DNA of 64,000 nt from the NCBI GenBank assembly GCA_902634135.1, contig CACPJB010000001.1, positions 100,106 through 164,105 of the forward strand, written 5' to 3'. The notes under the pieces are model-generated. The model worked only from the letters and a program-made list of their open reading frames with translations, was not told the origin of the DNA and did no database searches. Of the stretch, positions 59,584-64,000 are shown one piece after another (the stretch's first letter is position 1; each line of letters opens with the position of its first letter). The position numbers and the translations under genes are program-made. This DNA comes from an uncultured Marinoscillum sp. (GTDB taxonomy: Bacteria; Bacteroidota; Bacteroidia; Cytophagales; MED-G16).

Positions 59584-59652
59584 ATGAATTGTGAATGTAA
59601 AAATTGTGAATGTACTAATACTTGCAGCGATTGTAATTGCTGTGATTGTTAG
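59584..59652 (+). CDS. Unannotated micro-ORF: 22-aa cysteine-rich peptide MNCECKNCECTNTCSDCNCCDC
   Basis: ATG at 59584 and TAG at 59650-59652, read directly. 9 of 22 residues are Cys, in CxC/CxxC/CC arrangement. It is below the ORF-track length threshold. Coding status is unproven, because an alternative +1 frame and a DNA-repeat explanation both exist. Confidence 0.3.
   Translation: MNCECKNCECTNTCSDCNCCDC
59589..59615 (+). repeat. Tandem direct repeat TTGTGAATGTAA / TTGTGAATGTAC (15-bp period) inside the micro-ORF
   Basis: 59589-59600 and 59604-59615 are 11/12 identical, and both match the copy at 59429-59440. Confidence 0.6.
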
Positions 59653-59703
59653 TTAGCTAATCTTAGCTTTTGAAAATAAAATTTCTGTTTGTTTTTTTAT
59701 GTT

Positions 59704-59850
59704 ATGGATCCACTTGGTATTTTTTTTATTTTATTATTTATAATATTCTTCACTTGGTTGTTTTATAAGGGGTATAAAGCCTATAAAAAAAATGGTTGGA
59801 ATGATCCTTTTTTCAATGGAGATAATGGAGGATTTAATAATTTCGGTTAA
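59704..59850 (+). CDS. Unannotated micro-ORF: 48-aa single-TM peptide MDPLGIFFILLFIIFFTWLFYKGYKAYKKNGWNDPFFNGDNGGFNNFG
   Basis: ATG at 59704 and TAA at 59848-59850, read directly. An N-terminal hydrophobic helix is followed by a basic patch and a G/N/F-rich tail. It is below the ORF-track threshold. Confidence 0.3.
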   Translation: MDPLGIFFILLFIIFFTWLFYKGYKAYKKNGWNDPFFNGDNGGFNNFG

Positions 59851-59946
59851 TTAGGGAATTGATTCAATCTTATGTTGATATTTATCATGCTTTGAATGAT
59901 AGGAAAACCTACAGAATCAGCTCTTGCAATAGTAAATTAATAGATT

Positions 59947-59954
59947 TACATTTG
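59947..59954 (+). promoter_or_regulatory. Candidate -7 promoter box (TACATTTG) for tRNA-Arg
   Basis: Exact TAnnTTTG match ending 12 nt before the mature tRNA 5' end, nearly the same spacing as at tRNA-Ser. Confidence 0.45.
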
Positions 59955-59966
59955 CCAACATTATCT

Positions 59967-60040
59967 GGTTCCGTAGCTCAACTGGATAGAGCAACTGCCT
60001 TCTAAGCAGTAGGTTGAAGGTTCGAGTCCTTCCGGAATCA
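59967..60040 (+). tRNA. tRNA-Arg (anticodon TCT)
   Basis: Folded by hand: acceptor GGTTCCG/CGGAATC (one G-U), D-arm GCTC-AACTGGATA-GAGC, anticodon stem ACTGC/GCAGT with loop CTTCTAA, T-arm GAAGG-TTCGAGT-CCTTC, discriminator A; 74 nt. Confidence 0.9.
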
Positions 60041-60044
60041 CAAA

Positions 60045-62054
60045 TCAATTATAATTAGGTAGAGTAGTATACTTTTTTGCGTAATCAAGCATCTGAGTTG
60101 CAAAGTCTTTTGGTTGTACTACTGTAATATCAATTATTTCATTTGATTCATTATATACTGGTACTAATTCAGGATTTATAAATCCACTGTAAGGCGCAGT
60201 ATTAAATTTCTCATTTCTTTTCAAAATTTCTTCGTGTAACTTCTGATCTATTTTTACACCATAATTTTCGATCAAGTTTTTACCAGCCTCATAATCACCT
60301 TCAGATTTTATTCTTTGAACTTCTCTCAATAACTCTCCAAAAAGCTCTCTAAGTTTTTTATAGTCATTAATTACAAAATATGTCTTTCCATTTTCAACTA
60401 TTTTTTCAATTACATTTTCAGACTTTCCTTTTTCATATACCCACTTAGACACTGTCTGTCTGTTTCTCATATGAGACTGTTCTATGTCATCACCTAGTTT
60501 TATTCTAATTAACTGAGTCATGAGACCATTTCTTATGTAGTCATCATAACTTACTCTTCCCATCTCTTCTGATGAGTGAGCAACACCTAATTCTTCCATT
60601 TTTTTATCTGGAATAAAGTATAATCCTACAAGGTCAGCTCTAGCTTCTTCTAAAGTTGAAGCATAACTTTTTAATGTCTCTTTAGGAGTACCTACACCTT
60701 CAACTAATTGACCTGAGGCGTGACCAATAACTTCGTGTAATGAGGTATGAAGATTGTCTGCTTCTTTACCATATTTTTTTTCTAGCTCGATCCCCTCTTT
60801 ATCATAACCAAACTCTTCTAATCTTCCTGACGACCCTGCTTGTCCATAAGCAAATAGTATATTTCCTAATGAAATAGATTTTGAACCGTGATTTGCTCTA
60901 ATCCAGTTTGCATTTGGAAGATTAATACCAATTGGAGTAGAAGGAGAAGCATCACCTGACTCTCCTGCAACATTAACGGTGTTATATGAAATTCCAACAA
61001 CGTTTTTCTTTTTATGTTCGTCCATTATTGTGGAATTATCTTCAAACCATTGAGCATCTTCTGAAATAGCAAACATTTTTCTGCTCATTTCAAAATCTTT
61101 TATCTGGACAACAGACTCATATGAACCTCTATACCCCTTTGGATCGTTATAAACTTCGATGAATCCATTAATGTAATCGACATCACCTTCTGTAGTTTCA
61201 ACCCATGCAATATTATAATCATCCCAAATTTTTAAGTCACCTGTCTTATAGTATTCAATAAGTAGATCAAATGCTTTTTTTTGTTTTTCATTCTCAGCAA
61301 CTTCTTTAGCTTTTTCAATCCATAAAATGATTTTTTCAATGGAATTTGAATACATACCACCTACTTTATATGTTTTTTCAATTAATTCTCCATTTTCTCT
61401 TACCAATTTCGAGTTAAGTCCAAATGAGAGAGGTTTATTAGGGTCTGGTGATTTTTTATTTGCATAAAAATCATCAACATCTTTTTCTTTAACGTCTTCT
61501 CCATAAAAGTTAACAGCAGAGCCTATTACAAGTCCTTTGCTTTGGTCTCTATTTACTTTTTTGGAGTCGTTGTCATTAAAAATAACTTCAAAAGCTTCTT
61601 TATTTAATTCTGTTTTAGTTTCAGATAGCAAGTATTTTAGGTATTCTGAAGAGAAGTTTGGATCAAATTTATCATTTGAGTAATGGTGGTGAATTCCATT
61701 TGCAAACCATATTCTTTTTAGATAGATCTCAAAATTTAACCATTCTTCTGACTTTTTATCTCCATCATAATTTGAGTAAATTTTTTCAAGAGCTCTTCTA
61801 ATGGAAAGATTATGTCTATAATTTTGGTCGTACATGATGTCTCTTCCAGCGAGTCCTGCTTCTGTAAGAAAGTATACTAGTTTTTTTTGTTTTAATGTCA
61901 GCTCATCAAATCCTGGAATTTGATACCTCAAAACCTGTATATCTTTAAATTTTTCTCCAAAAAAATCAAAATTTAATTTTTCTACTTCAGGAGTTGAGCA
62001 GGAATAAGAACTAATTATTAATAGTATTATTATGAATATTTTCTTTTTTAACAT
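60045..62054 (-). CDS. Dipeptidyl-peptidase III-like M49 family metallopeptidase, lipoprotein
   Basis: 669 aa with lipobox SSYSC and M49 zinc motifs HEVIGH and EEARAD. Confidence 0.8.
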   Translation of the reverse strand: MLKKKIFIIILLIISSYSCSTPEVEKLNFDFFGEKFKDIQVLRYQIPGFDELTLKQKKLVYFLTEAGLAGRDIMYDQNYRHNLSIRRALEKIYSNYDGDKKSEEWLNFEIYLKRIWFANGIHHHYSNDKFDPNFSSEYLKYLLSETKTELNKEAFEVIFNDNDSKKVNRDQSKGLVIGSAVNFYGEDVKEKDVDDFYANKKSPDPNKPLSFGLNSKLVRENGELIEKTYKVGGMYSNSIEKIILWIEKAKEVAENEKQKKAFDLLIEYYKTGDLKIWDDYNIAWVETTEGDVDYINGFIEVYNDPKGYRGSYESVVQIKDFEMSRKMFAISEDAQWFEDNSTIMDEHKKKNVVGISYNTVNVAGESGDASPSTPIGINLPNANWIRANHGSKSISLGNILFAYGQAGSSGRLEEFGYDKEGIELEKKYGKEADNLHTSLHEVIGHASGQLVEGVGTPKETLKSYASTLEEARADLVGLYFIPDKKMEELGVAHSSEEMGRVSYDDYIRNGLMTQLIRIKLGDDIEQSHMRNRQTVSKWVYEKGKSENVIEKIVENGKTYFVINDYKKLRELFGELLREVQRIKSEGDYEAGKNLIENYGVKIDQKLHEEILKRNEKFNTAPYSGFINPELVPVYNESNEIIDITVVQPKDFATQMLDYAKKYTTLPNYN

Positions 62055-62132
62055 CTTATCTATTTTTTATCTAAAAAAATCATTCTGTAAATTTATATAT
62101 ATTGAGTTATATATCACTTTAATTTAAAAATT

Positions 62133-62957
62133 ATGAAAAACCTTATACTATCTGTAATCATTATCCTCTATTCTTTGAATGTAGAAGCTCAAATTGGATT
62201 TAAGACAAAGAAATTAAATGATAAAATGACTGGAAAATTTTTAGATAAAACTTCACAGGTAATTGGAATAGATGATAATCTTATATTTAGAAAGAAATTT
62301 GATTTTGAGAATTATCACTACAAATATGAGAATGACACTATCAGCATTACTCTTGATTTTATCTCTACACCAAATAGAGGTCTAAAGTCAAAAAATGAAT
62401 GTGAAAACTTTGATGCTGTACTTTCCATAAGAAATAAGGGAGGGACAGATATTAAATTTAGGCAAGCATTTGCAGGGACAAATCGTCTTATAAATAAAAA
62501 GAAGTTAGAAGATAACTTAGCACCACCTCTAAGCGGTATCTATCAAATATCATTAGCAGATAATGTAATTCTTCAAGCAATATCTGATAAAAAAGGAAAA
62601 ATGTATGGTACTATTGACGGAGGTTGTGAATTTAAAAACAGAATATATGCTGCAGGAGACCCGAATAGTATCGGTGATATTGAGGCGTCTACACTATATA
62701 TAAGATACAAGGTTGAGCTTTATGGTTCTAATGCAATTAATAATTCTCTTGATTTTGAATTTCAAGATGAATTCACTCTAAATTTATTTGACTACGAACC
62801 AAGTTATGTTAAACTAGCTGCTAACTCTAACTGGACTAGAAATTGGAGGGATTCTGACCAAGACTATAATACTAGATTATCGGAATACTTAACTGAAAAT
62901 AATGTGGGAGGTGTCTTCGGCAATAAAAAGAATAAAAAGGACAAGAAAAAAAATTAA
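62133..62957 (+). CDS. Hypothetical secreted protein (274 aa) with lysine-rich C-terminal tail
   Basis: Signal peptide ending NVEA/Q and a C-terminus of NKKNKKDKKKN. I recognise no family. Confidence 0.5.
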   Translation: MKNLILSVIIILYSLNVEAQIGFKTKKLNDKMTGKFLDKTSQVIGIDDNLIFRKKFDFENYHYKYENDTISITLDFISTPNRGLKSKNECENFDAVLSIRNKGGTDIKFRQAFAGTNRLINKKKLEDNLAPPLSGIYQISLADNVILQAISDKKGKMYGTIDGGCEFKNRIYAAGDPNSIGDIEASTLYIRYKVELYGSNAINNSLDFEFQDEFTLNLFDYEPSYVKLAANSNWTRNWRDSDQDYNTRLSEYLTENNVGGVFGNKKNKKDKKKN

Positions 62958-62960
62958 TAA

Positions 62961-63737
62961 TTAGTAAGACTTAATTTTTGCCTTTCTAGCTGAATCTTTT
63001 TGTAAATTATTATAATTCATACCTTCGTATATCCCGTTTGACTCCCAGTCTCCGTAGTTAGGGTTAGGTAATACAATTAGTCTAGTCCCAAAATCATTAC
63101 TTAATTCATCGGTATAATTTGTTCTTTCCTCAGATAATTTTATTTCAAACTCATCATTAAAATCAGCTAAATTATCACCAATCAACATAATCACTTTATA
63201 TTTATCATATACTGATTTTCTTCTTTCACTTTTACTTCTACTATCATTTCTAAGAAGGACATTAGATTTTTTTGCATCTGGAAACCCTAGCTTTTCAAGA
63301 TTATTAACAGTAGCTTCTAGTTGTTCAGCGTATCTATTTGATATATAAAAAATTTCAACATTTTTTTCTGATGCATAATGTAAAAACTCAAGAGATCCTG
63401 GAATAGCTTCAGCCTTTTCTAAATTTCCCCAAAATACCCAGCTCTCTCTATTATATGATATATTATTTAGAATCAGTTTTCCATCATAAGGACTATTATC
63501 TAACACTGTTTCATCTACATCAGTAATAATGGCAAGAGGTTTATCAAACTCTTTTTTATTTAAGAAAAATAAATCTAAATTTATTTTTGCAGCATTAAAT
63601 GCTTGATAGCATAATGCTCTATATTCAGCAGAATTTTGAGTCCAGACCTGTGCTTGTATTTTATATTCATTGTTATTATTAACTAATTGATTACATGATA
63701 ATAAGGTGATTAAAAAAATTGTTATATATTTTTTCAT
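62961..63737 (-). CDS. 5'-nucleotidase / class C acid phosphatase, lipoprotein e(P4) family (HAD superfamily)
   Basis: Lipobox TLLSC, HAD motif ITDVDETVLDNSPY, and a later GDNLADF. Confidence 0.85.
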   Translation of the reverse strand: MKKYITIFLITLLSCNQLVNNNNEYKIQAQVWTQNSAEYRALCYQAFNAAKINLDLFFLNKKEFDKPLAIITDVDETVLDNSPYDGKLILNNISYNRESWVFWGNLEKAEAIPGSLEFLHYASEKNVEIFYISNRYAEQLEATVNNLEKLGFPDAKKSNVLLRNDSRSKSERRKSVYDKYKVIMLIGDNLADFNDEFEIKLSEERTNYTDELSNDFGTRLIVLPNPNYGDWESNGIYEGMNYNNLQKDSARKAKIKSY

Positions 63738-64000
63738 AGTTTTCCGTGTTCTCTTACATTCATTCCTTTCTTTCCTGTTAAATTATCTCCCATATCTTCT
63801 CTTGCAACTTCTGCTAACTTAGTTAATTCACTTGCTATATCGGGATATAGCTTTATTACGTCATACTCTTCTCCGGGATCTCTTCTTAAATTATAAAGTT
63901 CAAGTCCCGTTTCAATTCTTTTATAAGGCCCTGGATGTCCATCATTTTTTGGTAGAACACCCTTATATGATCTTGATGAATGTGGAAGAATAAGTTTCCA
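63734..64000 (-). CDS. Sulfatase family protein, C-terminal 88 codons only (5' part beyond window edge)
   Basis: My own minus-strand translation is WKLILPHSSRSYKGVLPKNDGHPGPYKRIETGLELYNLRRDPGEEYDVIKLYPDIASELTKLAEVAREDMGDNLTGKKGMNVREHGKL*. ELYNL..DPGE followed by P....L..L is typical of sulfatase C-termini. The TGA overlaps the e(P4) ATG (ATGA). Confidence 0.55.
   Translation of the reverse strand, partial: WKLILPHSSRSYKGVLPKNDGHPGPYKRIETGLELYNLRRDPGEEYDVIKLYPDIASELTKLAEVAREDMGDNLTGKKGMNVREHGKL

Noticed and set aside
59655-59672. Rho-independent terminator after the Cys-rich micro-ORF.
   Set aside because: The stem is only 5-6 bp of AT-rich pairs with a 2-4 nt loop, followed by just three T residues. 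That is too weak to call as a feature, so it is mentioned only as context.

Overview
This is a 64-kb window from a very AT-rich Bacteroidota genome, most likely a streamlined marine Flavobacteriia lineage. That placement is an inference from gene content and order: ftsW-murG-ftsQ-ftsA-ftsZ, BatB/BatC, DUF4835-rpoZ-bamD, a GH3-family gene, TAnnTTTG promoter boxes, and Gln after predicted signal-peptide cleavage sites. The window is gene-dense, with about 70 CDS and 3 tRNAs (Leu-GAG, Ser-GCT, Arg-TCT), and many genes are joined by ATGA-type start/stop overlaps. Most genes are core housekeeping: cell division, dnaN, dnaA, pyrR-pyrB, hslU, rseP, dxr, purF, purC, thiL, ispE, fabI, tilS, mdh, ppk1, alaS, ribE and apt. 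I see no rRNA, CRISPR array, transposase, integrase, prophage or recognisable defence system. The more accessory part is the segment between tRNA-Ser and tRNA-Arg (53.8-60.0 kb), which carries an esterase, an HDAC-family protein, exported NTF2-like and ABM-like lipoproteins, a GH10-like protein and a membrane-protein/XRE pair. The least explained locus is the 510-bp gap at 59.46-59.97 kb. It holds an unannotated 22-codon ORF encoding a 41% cysteine peptide, whose +1 frame alternatively encodes a hydrophobic peptide. It also holds an unannotated 48-aa single-TM ORF, a cluster of AATGTAA half-sites, and an inverted repeat bracketing a Bacteroidetes-type promoter of the divergent XRE operon. Other observations are a glutaminyl cyclase gene together with a visible Q-after-signal-peptide pattern, a dcw cluster without murC, pyrR-pyrB coupled to a GntP-family permease, and hslU without an adjacent hslV. 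All functional calls rest on motifs read by eye from the supplied translations; no database search was run.
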